Source of the DNA: the human T2T-CHM13v2.0 reference genome, Homo sapiens
DNA length: 64,000 nucleotides
Assembly: GCF_009914755.1 (NCBI RefSeq)
Contig: NC_060937.1
Strand: one strand, 5' to 3'
Below the pieces are notes generated by a model that saw only the letters and a program-made list of their open reading frames with translations, was not told where the DNA came from and searched no databases. The translations under genes were made by a program, and so were the position numbers. Every line of letters starts with the position of its first letter. The stretch's first letter is position 1. Below are positions 15,907-34,598 of the stretch, piece by piece.

Positions 15907-16091
15907 AAAGACTAAATTAAAGACACACTCAGGTATTTTTCCCCTGGTTAGAAGAGGCATAAAATTTGGTGATTAACTTCCTAATACCCACTAGTGATTT
16001 TTTTCAGTTACTATAATTTTAGTAATTCTTAATTGAAATATCAGCAAATTAAAATTTAACTATTTAGCCTAAATCTATTAATATTTTCTGA

Positions 16092-16451
<360 letters not shown>

Positions 16452-16469
16452 ACCTTCTGACATCTTTTA

Positions 16470-16950
16470 AATTTCTCATGGGCATCTCAAGGTAATTATG
16501 TCCAAAACTGAATTCTTGATCTTTCTCTTCAAATCTGCTTTTCCACCAATCTTCTCATATTGATAAATATTATCAATATTCACCCATTTGCTCTATTTTT
16601 GGACTCTGGAAGGCACCACACACACTGTCCTTCAGCCTACAATGCACTTCTCCCACTCTTTACCTGAATGGCTTCTGTCTATCTTCAGCTTAAATGTCAC
16701 TTCATCAAAGAGGCCTTCCCTGACCCTCTCTCAATCCAAATGGCATTCTCTCCTGTCCCCATACGTCTCTGTCACAGTGCTTATCACAGTTTTTCACGGT
16801 GTGTCTGAGGACTGCCCGTGCATTGCCTGGCCCCCCAGCCCATGTGTGAGTGTGGAGGAAACAGGAACCCTGGCTCCTGCTGTCAGTGCCCAGCAGAGTG
16901 CTTATGGCAAAGCAGGGGCTCAGGATTTTTTGGATGAAGGAGTGAATTGT
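16470..16950 (+). mobile_element. L2
   Basis: ggcatctcaa...atgtccaaaactgaattcttgatct...aaatgtcacttcatcaaagaggccttccctgacc. Confidence 0.8.
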
Positions 16951-17017
16951 CCATATCTGTGTTTCGTAAAGTAAGGGCCACAGAAATCATTCTCTTGGAT
17001 GACAATATATGTTTCCA

Positions 17018-17200
17018 GACAGAAGGGTTCTGCGATCAAATAAGTTTGTTAAATAACTGAGTTAAACAAAGTTCAACAGGTTTCTGTACTGCAGGACATC
17101 TCAGAGCCTATAATTTATTAAGGAACACTGTGAATACAGAACCTGAAAGGGGAAGTGTATGTGATGTTTCTCAAACAAGTTACATTACAGAATCCTTATT
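17018..17200. mobile_element. MER103C-like hAT-Charlie element
   Basis: gggttctgcgatcaaataagtttg...gttaaacaaagttcaacaggtttctgtactgcaggacatctcagagcc. Confidence 0.7.
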
Positions 17201-17207
17201 TTACTGT

Positions 17208-17508
<301 letters not shown>

Positions 17509-17509
17509 C

Positions 17510-17653
17510 CTGTCTCTCTTTTTCTTTCTTTCTCTCTTTTTCTTTCTTTCTCTTTCTCCCTTCGTTCCTCCTTCCTTCCTCTTCCTTCCTCTCTTCTTTC
17601 TTTCTTTTTCTTTCTTTCTCTCTTTCTCTCCTCCTCTCTTTCTCTCTCTCTTT
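17510..17653. repeat. CT-rich polypyrimidine tract (expanded Alu tail)
   Basis: ~140 bp of TTTC/TTCC/TC units abutting the AluJ 3' end. Confidence 0.9.
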
Positions 17654-17942
17654 CAAGACAGGGTCTAACTCTGTTGCCCATGCTACAGTGCAATGGCACA
17701 ATTACAGCTCACGGACTGCAGCCTCAAATCCCAGGCCCAAGCAATCCTCCCACCTCAGCCTCCAGAGTAGATAGGACTACAGGTGTGTGCCACCACACCT
17801 GACTAATTTTTTAAAATTTTTCTGTGGAGATGGGGTTTCACCACGTTGCCCAGGCTCTTCTCAAACTCATGGGCTGAAGCGTTCCTCCCACCTCGGCCTC
17901 CCATATTGCTGAGATTACAGGCATGAAACACCACGCCCAGCC
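17654..17942 (-). mobile_element. AluJ
   Basis: J-type diagnostic positions. Confidence 0.9.
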
Positions 17943-18018
17943 TATCTTTCACGATGAGTGTTCTAAAGACCATATGGTGGAAATTCTAGCAAACAACAAT
18001 AATTTGGCACTTAATAAA

Positions 18019-18266
18019 TGGTTGGGTGCAGCAGCTCAGACTTATAATCCCAGCAATTTCGGAGACTGAGGTGGCAGGATCCTTTGAGTCCAGGAGTTCG
18101 AGACCAACCCGGGCAACATAATGAGATTCTCTCTACAAAAAAAAGAAAAAATTAAAAAGCCAGGCATGGTGGCACACACCTGTAGTCCCAGCTACTCAGG
18201 AGGCTGAGGTAGGAGGATTGCTTGAGCCCAGGAGGTCGAGGCTGCAGTGAGCATGATTGCACCACA
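18019..18266 (+). mobile_element. AluJ, 3'-truncated
   Basis: Stops at gattgcaccac with no tail. Confidence 0.85.
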
Positions 18267-18299
18267 AATGTTTCTTTTTAAAATATATATTTATATGTA

Positions 18300-18465
18300 T
18301 TGTGCAGTCACTACCTAAGCCTTCTGTAAGCATCATTTTATTTACCTTTCACAATATTCCTAGATGTTATGTAGTTTATAGATGATCAAGCAGCTTGTAA
18401 GAGGTGCAGTCAGGGTTTAAATCTGCTCATTTGACTTCAAAGCCTGAGCTCTTAATTACTAAACA
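18300..18465 (-). mobile_element. MIR
   Basis: gcagtcagggtttaaatc...tgacttcaaagcctgagctcttaa. Confidence 0.55.
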
Positions 18466-18489
18466 CAGACTCTCAAAAATATCCTCCAG

Positions 18490-18617
18490 AGGGTGCGGCA
18501 GTGCATGCCTCTAGTCCCAGCTCCTCAAGAAGCTAAAGCAAGAGGATCACTTGAGTCCAGGAGTTGAGTCCAGCCTGGGCAAAATAACATAGACACCCAA
18601 TCTAAAAAAAAAAAAAA
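18490..18617 (+). mobile_element. FLAM monomer
   Basis: Monomer with A tail; flanking aaa(t/a)atcctcca. Confidence 0.8.
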
Positions 18618-18739
18618 TCCTCCATACTTCTTCACACTATCTGCACATATAACCTGCTCTAGAGATAGAGGCAGCTCCACTTGTAATACAGTAGCATGTC
18701 TGACATGAAAGCTTTCTTGTAATATTATCTTTTCATGCA

Positions 18740-19720
<981 letters not shown>

Positions 19721-20486
19721 CATTCTTCGCCAGATCATAGGCCATCCAAAGGCAGGAACCATGTTTTGTTCTTGTGCCTTTCCTGTCAGTACTTGGGACA
19801 CAGGCACTCGCTCCTTGTTTCCAGATGGTTGGTTATCACCACCCTCCCACCACCGCGCATAGGATCCTCACTGTAATTTCGTTGTTGTCAAGCTTTCATT
19901 TATTGATTTTTCTGTGATACTTATCTAAAGAATGACTAGGAAAGTTAAATCCTTAAATCCAAATTCAACTTTTTTCAGTAATTACTCGGAACTTTGGTGT
20001 CACCACTCTAGGAAATTGGGAAGAAAGTTTCAAAATTCAATAAATTTTACAGAGAGGAGCTGTGGACCAAGATCTAGAAAAGTCCACAATTTCTTCCCTT
20101 GGGTATTTTAGAGTAAAAGTATCAGAAAAGGGGGTCTACTTGGAAGTCTGGGTACATTCATTACAAATTTCCCTTGGTGGGCAGATAAAATACGCCAACA
20201 GCTAAAGACTGTAGTCAATGAATACTTGCCAAGTATAACAAAAAGTGCACTATGTACTTCCATGATGACTTCCTGCCCACGAACCTGGTGCCTACAACAG
20301 GATCAAATTGGCAGGTGCTGCTCTGTTATGACCAGGTGGCTCATAGCCCTGAAACCTCTCTTGTCTCAGGAGTGCTTTTCATGACAAGAGGCAGTGTCAA
20401 TAATAGCAGCCTTATTTGATGCATATTGACCATCAGTACGTGACAGTGACTCTCCAAATAAGTTTGGGAACAAGAGAGAATCCAAT

Positions 20487-20522
20487 AATATATATATATA
20501 ATAATTATATATATATATATAT
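20487..20522. repeat. (TA)n microsatellite, interrupted
   Basis: Read directly from the sequence. Confidence 0.85.
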
Positions 20523-20536
20523 TTAATTTGCAAGCT

Positions 20537-20703
20537 CAGCAGGATTCACAATAGCAAAGGTATGGAATCAACCCAAGCATCCATCAATGGATGATTGGAT
20601 AAAGAAGATGTGGCATATATGCATAACAGAATACTTAGATGAAATGGACAGATTCCTAGAAACACTGAAACTACCAACATTGACTCAAGAAGGAATAGAA
20701 ATG
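20537..20703 (+). mobile_element. two non-contiguous L1 ORF2 fragments fused
   Basis: attcacaatagcaaag...tggaatcaacccaag (ORF2 end) joined to tagatgaaatggacagattcctagaaaca (ORF2 interior). Confidence 0.75.
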
Positions 20704-20739
20704 AGCTCACTTCTTTGTGCATTTCATGTAAGTTATCTT

Positions 20740-21060
20740 CTTTGAAGAAGATTGGCTGTAAAGAGAGAGAGATGTGGTTACTAAAGGAAAGAAGTGGCCC
20801 CTGGAGAGTCAGGGTTCCTGTTTTTAGGATGCAGGAAACTTGAACACGGTTGAGCAATAAAGAACCAATGTAGTGAAGGGGCTGAGGACATAAGAGGAGA
20901 AAGAGAAGCCGGGTGCTGAGGAGGCAGGAGATGGATGGTATCTGGTAGGACAAAGCCAATCTCCTGCCTGCCCACAGCCACAAAGAGTCAGGTATGGGAG
21001 CATGGACAGCCTCTGGGAGGGCCACCAGAAAGGCAGTATCTCTAGAGAGAGGCAAGTCTC
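20740..21060 (-). mobile_element. L2 fragment
   Basis: Purine-rich antisense L2-like motifs. Confidence 0.45.
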
Positions 21061-21711
21061 GAGGCAGGGAGATGCAGAGGGTACAGACTAAGAGACTGTG
21101 TTTTTCAATGGACAGGCATCTCAGAGGACATAAAAAGAATGATTAAAACAGAGGCTGGTAGTAGGTGGAGGTACACTTGGGTCTCGGTCACTGTGGAAGC
21201 CAAACAGACTGTATTTTATTTCAACCTGGGCAGCATGCCGTCCTCCAAAGCCTTCTCCTTCTCTGATATTCCAGGCTGGGTTGAGTGACCCTCACCTACA
21301 CACATTCTACCCTGTGATACTTCTATTATAGCAGTTAATTGCATTGTATTTTAATTGCATATTTACTTGATGTTCTCCACTACTAGACCATTACAGCAAT
21401 TAGTATAATCTTTACATAAGTGGTTTTTGCAATTTTCTTTTCTCACTAATTTTTTTAGATCTCCAAGTCAATAATTATAAAGAAGAACTTTGAAAGAAAA
21501 ACTTATTATGGAAAATTCTAAACATGTACAAAAGCAGAGGGAATAGTATAATGAATTTCTATGTACTTACTTGTCATCCAGATTCAGCAATTATTAATTC
21601 ATGGCCATTCTTCCTTCATCTATACTCCCACCCACTACCCAACCCCAGTTCCTTTGAAGTGTATCACAGGCCCCACATCATTTCATCTGAAATGTTTCAA
21701 AAAGATAATTC

Positions 21712-21992
21712 TGACCAGGCGCAGAGGCTCACACCTATAATCTCAGCACTTCAGGAAGCCAAGGCAGGAGAGAATTGCTTGAGCCCAGGAGTTCAAGGCC
21801 AGCCTGGGCAACATAGGGAGACCCCATCTCTACAAATAATTTAAAAATTAGCCAGGCATAGTGGCATGCACCTGTGGTCCCAGCTACTCAGGAGGCTGAG
21901 GTGGGAGGATCACTTGAGCCCAGGAGTTTGAGGCTACAGTGAGGCATGATCACCCCACTGCACTCCAGCCTGGGCAAGAGTGAGACTGTCTG
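21712..21992 (+). mobile_element. AluJ
   Basis: Full body; tail region occupied by the next Alu. Confidence 0.9.
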
Positions 21993-21993
21993 A

Positions 21994-22305
<312 letters not shown>

Positions 22306-22320
22306 TAAAATAGGAAGATA

Positions 22321-22660
<340 letters not shown>

Positions 22661-23018
22661 TCATTACAATATACTTCTTAAATTAACAATTTTTGATATT
22701 TGATGTTAACCATCAAATATCCAGTCAATATTCAAATTTCCTGAATTGACTCATAAACATTTTTAATTTTTAAAAAATCATTACAATTGGTTATATAGCT
22801 ACTCTATTTTATTTACTTATTTATTTAATACCATTAAATCTCTTTTAATCTATAGGTTCCCTCTTCCCCTCCTTATTTCTTCATGAAATTAATTTTTTTA
22901 AAAAACTGGAGAATTTGTCCTACAGAGTTTCCCACATTGTAGATTTTGATGGTTGCATCCCCATTGCAGTATTTTATGTATTTCTAAAGAGGGTCCTTTT
23001 TAAACAGTATATAGTTTA

Positions 23019-23407
<389 letters not shown>

Positions 23408-23650
23408 AATTAGCAAGAACCAACTCAAGCTAGCTATCTTAGTTCAGGCTGCTATAACAAAAATACCACAGGGTGGATGGCTTAAACAACATTTAATTCT
23501 CATAGGTCTGGAGGCAGAGAAGCCAAAGATGAAGGTTGTGGCCGGTCCAGTATCTGGTGAGGGCTTGCTTCCTGATCTGCAGATGGCTGTCCTCTTGCTG
23601 TGTCCTTACACAGTGGAGAGCAGAGAAAGACAAGCAAGCTCTTTTGTGTC

Positions 23651-23960
<310 letters not shown>

Positions 23961-23965
23961 TCTTC

Positions 23966-23966
<1 letters not shown>

Positions 23967-24004
<38 letters not shown>
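23967..24004. repeat. (TTA)n microsatellite
   Basis: About 12 units. Confidence 0.9.
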
Positions 24005-24061
24005 TGTTTGTTTGGTTTTTTCTTTTGTTTTTATATTCTGGATGTGAGTATAACATCTAAA

Positions 24062-24378
24062 TTTTTTTTTGTTGTTTTTTGTTTTTTGTTTTTGAGACAG
24101 GGTCTCACTCTGTCACCCAGGCTGGAGTGCAATGGTGAGATCATGGCTCCCTGCAGCCTCAACTTCTCGGGCTCAATTTCCCGAGGAACTGAGACCACAG
24201 GCACGTGGCACCATACCTGGCTATTTTCTTTTTTTTTTTTTTTTTTTCAGTAGAGATGAGGTACCGCTACATTGCCCAGGCTGTTCTCAAACTCCTGGGC
24301 TCAAGCAATCCTCTCACCTTGGCCTCTCAAAGTGCTGGGATTACAGGAGAATACAGGAGCAAGCCACCATTTCAGCCT
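24062..24378 (-). mobile_element. AluJ (degenerate)
   Basis: J-type positions with internal deletions. Confidence 0.85.
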
Positions 24379-24664
24379 CTTATGTCTCTTCTTTTAAGGG
24401 CACTGATCCCATCACAAGGGCTCCACCCTCATGACCTAATCACCTCCCACAGGCTCCATCTCCAAATACCATTACTTTAGGGATTAGAGTTTCGAAGTAC
24501 AAATTTGGGGGAAACATAAACATGCAGACCATAGCAATAGCCCAAGCAGAAAGATGGAACTTTAGAAGTCGGCAAACTAGCAAAGGCTGCTGGCTACCCT
24601 CTCCCAGCCCAGCCCTGCCCCGGGAAAACTGGATTATGATTGAACAATTCTATAAATTTTTAAC

Positions 24665-24750
24665 ACCTATGTTCTAGTAGGGAAACACAGATAATAAATA
24701 AGTAAAATATATACGATGGCTGATGGTAATAAATGCTACAGAGAAAAAGT
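24665..24750 (-). mobile_element. L2 fragment preceded by a short L1M 3' piece
   Basis: ttctagtagggaaacacagataataaataagtaaa...gatggtaataaatgcta. Confidence 0.6.
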
Positions 24751-25120
24751 GTATGGACCTAGGAAACTACAAAGGCTGCAAGAATTCTTCTCCCCTTCCT
24801 CCAAGGGAGAAAGAGAGAGTGGTTAGGATCTGGTGCTGGGGACAGGCTGGGGGAGGGTGCTGTTCTGTCTCCAGATGATTACAATTCAGAACTAAAGTTA
24901 GATGATACCAGCATGTTGGGGAAGGGAAGCAGGGTTGGTTGGAGACAGAGGGGATGCTGTTAGACTTGTCTTAGATGCAGAGAAGATAAATATTTTAATC
25001 CATTTAAAAAAGTGATAGGGAAAAATAAACATAATTAAAGGTCTTAATTCAATCTACCTAGTGGAAAGCTGGAAAGAAGAGATATATCCAAAAAATTAGA
25101 GTATAAAAAACATAAAATAA

Positions 25121-25412
<292 letters not shown>

Positions 25413-25488
25413 ATATATATATATATGTGTGTGTATATATATGTGTGTGTGTGTGTGTATATATATATGCACACACACATATATATAA
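25413..25488. repeat. compound (TA)/(TG)/(CA) microsatellite in the Alu tail
   Basis: Read directly from the sequence. Confidence 0.9.
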
Positions 25489-25499
25489 TAAGTGGCAAA

Positions 25500-26270
25500 A
25501 ATGAATGACAAAAAAGTAGAGAGAAATAAAAGTTGAATTCATCAATCTGAAGATAAAAACTTTCAGAGTTTTTTTAAATTAACAAGATCTAGTAATGTGT
25601 AAACTATATAACAACAGACCCACTTAAAACAAAAAGGATATAGACAGGTAAAACATAAAAAGGTAGAAAAAGATGAAGGCATAGGAACAACAAGATAACA
25701 CAGACCACAACTTCAATATTAGAAAAAATAGGACTCAAAGTTAAAGTATCATAAAGAGGACATTAAATATTGAAAAACGGAACAATAGATCAGGAAGATT
25801 TAAAGATCATGAATACATTACATATAGCAACTGTATTAGTTCTTGCACTGCTATAAATACCTGAGACTGGGTAGCTTATAAAGAAAAGAGGCTCTGCAGG
25901 CTGTACAGGAAGCATGCCTGGGGAGGCCTCCGGAAACTTACAATCATGATGGAAGGTGAAGGGGAAGCAGGCACATCTTACATGGCTGGAGCAGGAGGAA
26001 AAGGGGGCGGGGAGGTGCCACACACTTTTAAACAACCAGATCTCGTGAGAACTCTATCACAAGACAGCACTAGGGGGATGCTGCTAAACCATTAGAAACC
26101 ACACCCATGATCCAATCACCTCCCACTAAGCCCCGCCTCCAACAATGGGGATTACAATTCAACATGAAATTTAGGCAGGGGCACAGATCCAAACCATATG
26201 AGCAACAACAGCTCCAAAATATATAAAGCATCCATGAACAAAATCACAGAGATAAACAGATGGGTAAACA
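25500..26270 (+). mobile_element. old L1M ORF2 (endonuclease region) remnant
   Basis: A-rich; atcaggaagatttaaagatcatgaata...agctccaaaatatataaagca. Confidence 0.65.
25832..26201 (-). mobile_element. MSTA-like solo LTR
   Basis: tgtattagt...ggaaacttacaatcatg...acacttttaaacaaccagatctc...ccaaaccatatga; 5-bp TSD gcaac. Confidence 0.9.
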
Positions 26271-26271
26271 A

Positions 26272-26546
<275 letters not shown>

Positions 26547-26569
26547 TAAAAAAAAAATTATTTGAAATA

Positions 26570-27030
26570 ATCACTTAACAAATATTTATTGATCACATAT
26601 TATGTGCCAGATGTGTTCTAGATATTGGGGGTACAGAAGTGAACAAAACAGTCAAAATTCCTATCTCCCAAATTTATGGAGACAGATGCAGATCTGTGGT
26701 TGCCTAGGACTGGAGTAGAACAGAAATTAATGGTAAAGGGGCACAGCAAACTGTTTGGGGTGATGAAAATGTTCTAGACACGATCACGATTGAACAATTC
26801 CATAAATTTACCGAAATTAAAAGAACTCTCATTCTACTGGGAGGAAATAGACAATAAATAGAAGTAAAATGCACACACAAACGCTATAGAGAAAATAACC
26901 CAGGGAAGGGGCATGGAGAGGGAGGAGGAGGGGCAAGTTTAAATAGAGTGGGCAGGCAAGGCAGGGCTGAGAGGGTGTCATTCAAATGGCATCTGGAAGG
27001 AGGGAAAGAACATTTGTGAAGCTGTCTGGA
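26570..27030 (-). mobile_element. L2 3' end with an inserted plus-strand L1M 3' fragment (26670-26822)
   Basis: aacaaatatttattga...tatgtgccag; insert gtggttgcctagg...ggggtgatgaaaatgttcta; L2 resumes at cattctactgg. Confidence 0.75.
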
Positions 27031-27122
27031 GGACAATGATTCCAAGCAGAAAGATAAGAAAACAAAGAAACAAGCAAAAACCAAATCCTGAAAACAAATG
27101 AAGGTAAGAAATCAGAAAACAA

Positions 27123-27508
<386 letters not shown>

Positions 27509-27672
27509 TTACACAATAGAGAACATCAACAAAATTAAAGCTGTTTCATAAAAAAGAACTGACAAAACTAATGAAGAAAACAGCAGACAAGAAGTCACCA
27601 AATCATGAAATGGAAAAATAAATACTATGCAAACACGACAGAGTTTAACATAACAATAAAATAATAAAATGA

Positions 27673-28029
<357 letters not shown>

Positions 28030-28417
28030 TCAGAAAATCCCAAAATTAATACAAGAAAGAAAAGACATTTGAAGAGACTAATAATTTAAAGTAATTGACG
28101 TGATTATCAAGGACATCCCCAACCTCACTCCCAACATAAAAGGGCCTGCTCAAAGTGGTTTAACTATTGAGTTGGCAATTTTCAAGGAACAGAAAATAAC
28201 CATTTATGTGCGAATCATTCTAGAAAATAGAAAATGAAGGATAGCCTCCTTTCTTGAGGCTGGGATAATTTGATTTCTAACCCAGACAGTGTCAGAACAA
28301 GAAAAGGAAATTATGGGTCCTTTGCACTTGTGAGCACGGATGTACAAATCGAAATAAAATATTAACCATCTGAATCCAACAGAAAGTTACAAATATTTCA
28401 TAGTTAAAAAAAAATTA

Positions 28418-28885
<468 letters not shown>

Positions 28886-28953
28886 TACATCATGCTCAAA
28901 TAGCATTTGTCGTAGGAATGCAAGTGTAGGGCAGCATCAAACTCTCCACATGG

Positions 28954-29288
<335 letters not shown>

Positions 29289-29319
29289 TTATTATTATTG
29301 GCTGTTAATAATGGCAGAA

Positions 29320-29933
<614 letters not shown>

Positions 29934-30004
29934 AAAGTAAGGGTCAAAGATGAAAGTGAAAAATTTGTTAAAACCGGGAGAAGTGATTTGCATGTCAAAT
30001 GAGC

Positions 30005-30430
30005 ATAGTATGCTATTCTCTGCAAGTGAGAAGGAAAGAAATTAAAAGATAAGGATTTATTATAAGGATACACTGTTACTTCATAGACTCCAAAGACAAG
30101 AATGTAGCCAAGGAACTAAAATTAACACCTAGGAAGCTTCTAGGTCTCTTTCTCCATCTCTCATCTCTACTCCGTATGGATTTGTTATACTTTTCTCTCT
30201 CCATAAACTTATTTCCTCTGTATCTTCTGCAGGTTCACAGTTAGGACAACTGCTTCACACTTGTTAAATGTGTTAAGTTGTGGTTCTAACCATGTGATAT
30301 CAGAGTATGACATAATTCTTCCTAGGTCCCAGTTTAAAATTTCCAGAAAAAAGAATTCTACAGAGTGTCAAGCAGTTGCCCCCCAAACTGTGGATCATAT
30401 GGAACAAATTCAGCTGCCAGAGGTCTACTC
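30005..30430 (-). mobile_element. old MaLR/ERVL LTR remnant
   Basis: tgcaagtgagaag...ggatttattataaggata. Confidence 0.4.
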
Positions 30431-30744
30431 CTGTAACCTATGGATCCAGGTGGCAACCCTCGAAAGAGGGAATCCTGATAGCTGCGCAGGTATCTATTTG
30501 CAAATGACCCATGCAAGTATCAAACTGACATTCATGTACAGATCAAAGGACAAGGATCTCGACTCACTCCCTAAATCTGGGTTTCCAAGTGCAGTCATTT
30601 TGTCTACACCCTCAACCTACTTGGAGTGATTCTTAAAAGACTCAGGGGAGTGATCCATGTGAAGTGGCAGGGCAGTCTAGATAGAGGAAGCACCACAGTT
30701 AGAAACAAGGAAGAAAAAAAATGTGCATCAAAACAGGAGTGGCT

Positions 30745-31033
30745 GGACCAAGCGCAGTGGCTCATGCCTGTAATCCCCAGCACTTTGGGAGGCCAAGGCG
30801 GGCCTCCCACTTGAGATTAGGAGTTTGAGGCCAGCTTGCCAAACATGGTAAAACACTATCTCTACTAAACATACAAAAAAATTAGCCGGGCATGGTGGTG
30901 CACCCCTATAGTCCCAGCTACTCAGGAGGCTGAGGCAGGAGAATCACTTGAATCCAGGAGACGGAGATTGCAGTGAACCGACCACTGAACTCCAGACTGG
31001 GCGACAGAGTGTCTCAAAAAAAAAATAAAAACA
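30745..31033 (+). mobile_element. AluS
   Basis: TSD aaaacagga(g/a)tggct. Confidence 0.9.
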
Positions 31034-31089
31034 AAAACAGGAATGGCTGGACCCCTGTTGTGACTACTGCACAGATTCCATATTGGGAT

Positions 31090-31275
31090 CCCAAATGGAG
31101 GAAAGAAACGCAGATTTGAAACAGTCAGATTGTGCAAGGGTTTGTATGCCAGCCATTTTGAACTTTGGTTTGAAAAATAGGAAAGGTTTGAAAACCGAAG
31201 GTTCTGGAGCATGGAAGTGTCATGATATCATGTACAGTTTAGAAAAATAAATCCAACAGCAATGCGGAGGACAAA
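31090..31275 (-). mobile_element. L2 fragment
   Basis: cagattgtgcaagggtttgtatgccag...gtgtcatgatatcatgtacagtttagaaa. Confidence 0.6.
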
Positions 31276-32419
31276 GCATTAGTGTAACCACCAACGTTAA
31301 ATGACTAAAACTTATAGTCTCCGGTGATTAAAATTATTTCTTGGATTTAATCTAGTCTTCAACCTAGTTTGTATTTATTGGCAAATATCTCCCAGATAAA
31401 TCGGAGAAGTTGTTAAGCAGTCATTGCCCTTGGCCAGTAAATATGCAGTTTATTCACAGAATCCTCCTCTTCACCACCTGCGGAACAGAAGGAGAACATG
31501 CACTTTCACCCCCGCATAGTTAGAGGACACTATAAACAAAGAGTCCACGAAGAAGCTTCATCATACCTCACGGGAAAAGTTAGCACATTGCAAATACCAT
31601 GCAGTTTGTTTATGGACCATGAGTAGGAGATGCTCTGAAAGTAAGTGATATGAACAAGCCATACTTGAGGCAAGATGCTCTCAATGGGCTGTACTTCTTC
31701 TATATGAATACCAGCATTTCATTCTAATCCGCTTATTAAGGTAACATGTTCTCTGTATGTGCTCATTTTTCCAAACTTAGGTAATTTACTAACATCTTGT
31801 TTCAATTAAGTTTCACAGCCCATTACTTTTGACTAGCCAATAATATCCCTGTGGTGATAATACTACCTATGCATTTGTGAACTCTTCTTATAGTCCATCT
31901 TTGTTTAAACTAATACCACAACAGTTCATGTGCAGACAGTTGCTGGAGCAGAATTTTATTTCATTATGCAATTCTAAGTAGCTGAGGCATAGTCAAGGTT
32001 CATAAAAGGGGAAAAAACAGAGCAAGAACAACACATTGATGGTAGGCAGGAGCATAAGACAATTTAGATTCTCCATGCACAGCTTTGTCCCTTCTGCACA
32101 TAGAAGGCCAGAAAGCATCTCTTCATTTCTTTTTCCACTGGGATTTCCTCCTGTCATAGGCAGAAGGGCAGTTTTTGTCCCCTTACATAATGAGGAATAC
32201 AAAATGTATTTTTATTTTATTTATTTATTTTTATTTATTTATTTATGTTTTTGTGACAGAGTGAGAGAGGAGTGATACACTAGGGTCCTCCTTTGATCTG
32301 CTTCCCAGTCACTCCTTCACCAGGTCCCTTTGATTATGCACTGGATATTCTACATCTTCTATGTGTCTGGCACACGATGCCTTCTACTTCTTTTCTGCCC
32401 CTTAATTTCTCCTAGTCTG

Positions 32420-32555
32420 TTAGTGTTTTGCTTTTTGTAGAGACAGGGTCTCGCTGTGTTGCCCAAAATGTTCTCCAACTCCTGGGCTCAAGCGATCTTC
32501 CCATCTCTGCCTCCCAAAGCACTGGGATTTTATAAGTGTGAGCCACCACACCCAG
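32420..32555 (-). mobile_element. Alu left monomer (FLAM-like)
   Basis: Antisense left arm only. Confidence 0.85.
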
Positions 32556-33753
32556 ATCTGCTTAAGATCTTTAATAAACAATACCCTTTTTGTCTGCCTT
32601 TGTGCTGATAGACTTATATTTTTATCACATGGAAACTCCATTACATATTATAGTCCCTCCATTACAGTAAAATCTACATAATGTCAACCATATCCCACCA
32701 CAATTTCATAGCATGCCAGGAGGAAATCCAGGATGGAAGATATTTGTTTGTATATTTTCATAATCTACTTTAGGCTTTAATTGCAATGAGGCAATAACAG
32801 AGGGATATGAATACATTAATCTGTGGCTGACTCTTTGTCATTCACTTCATGTTGACTTCTCCCATCGAAATTCAACATCTCTCTTCATCAACCGCTGCTC
32901 CTCAGTCTACTGAGAGCATCCAAAACAAGTTATGTGCAACCTCATGAATATCCAGCTCATTTTGTTCCTCTTCCTTCTCTTGAGACACAAAATGAAATAA
33001 AACTTTAGGATATTTATGTGCTCAGAGGCAAACTTATCATTTACTCAAAAAGTGAACAACTTTTGGGAGCAGCTGCTATTCATGAGTAAACCAGAAATCA
33101 AATTTCAGAGATGAAGTTTTCACATTTCACACAAATAAACCCTCTAACTGCTACTTACATAAAGTCAGGCAAAATAGTGAAAGGACCTCCAGAGCTTAGC
33201 TAAATTGCCCAAAAGAAGCTTTTATTGTTGAGATATGAACATTTGGAACCAGAAAGTCTGTTCTCATTCTGCAAACCTGCTCCCAACAACCCCTTCATCC
33301 TATTGATTTCCCTTCCAGCATCTGACTTGATTAATTAAAACTGAAAGGGGAACTGCATGGAAGCATAGAGACATGAAAAAAAAAAAAACACTTTCATTTG
33401 TGGAAATAAAAGAATTAATCACACCTTGAAGTCAGAGAAGATGGAGATGGTGGGATTTGAAAGACAGTGATCATCAAAGACCTATTCATCAAAGGCCTTT
33501 TGTTAAGAAGAGTGGGTTCTGTCGCACAGATCCTCAGGATGGAGCACCTTCTGTAGTAGATGGAATGGTGATCACCCAAAAGATGTGTTCACACCCTAAC
33601 CCCTGCAACCTGTGAATGTGACTCTATTTTGAAAGTAGATCTTCCCTGATGGAATTAATTTAAGGGTCTTGACATGAGATCATCCTGAATTACCTAGGTG
33701 GACCCTAAATCCAATGACAAGTGTCATTAAAGAGACAGAAGAGGAGAAGACAA

Positions 33754-34598
<845 letters not shown>

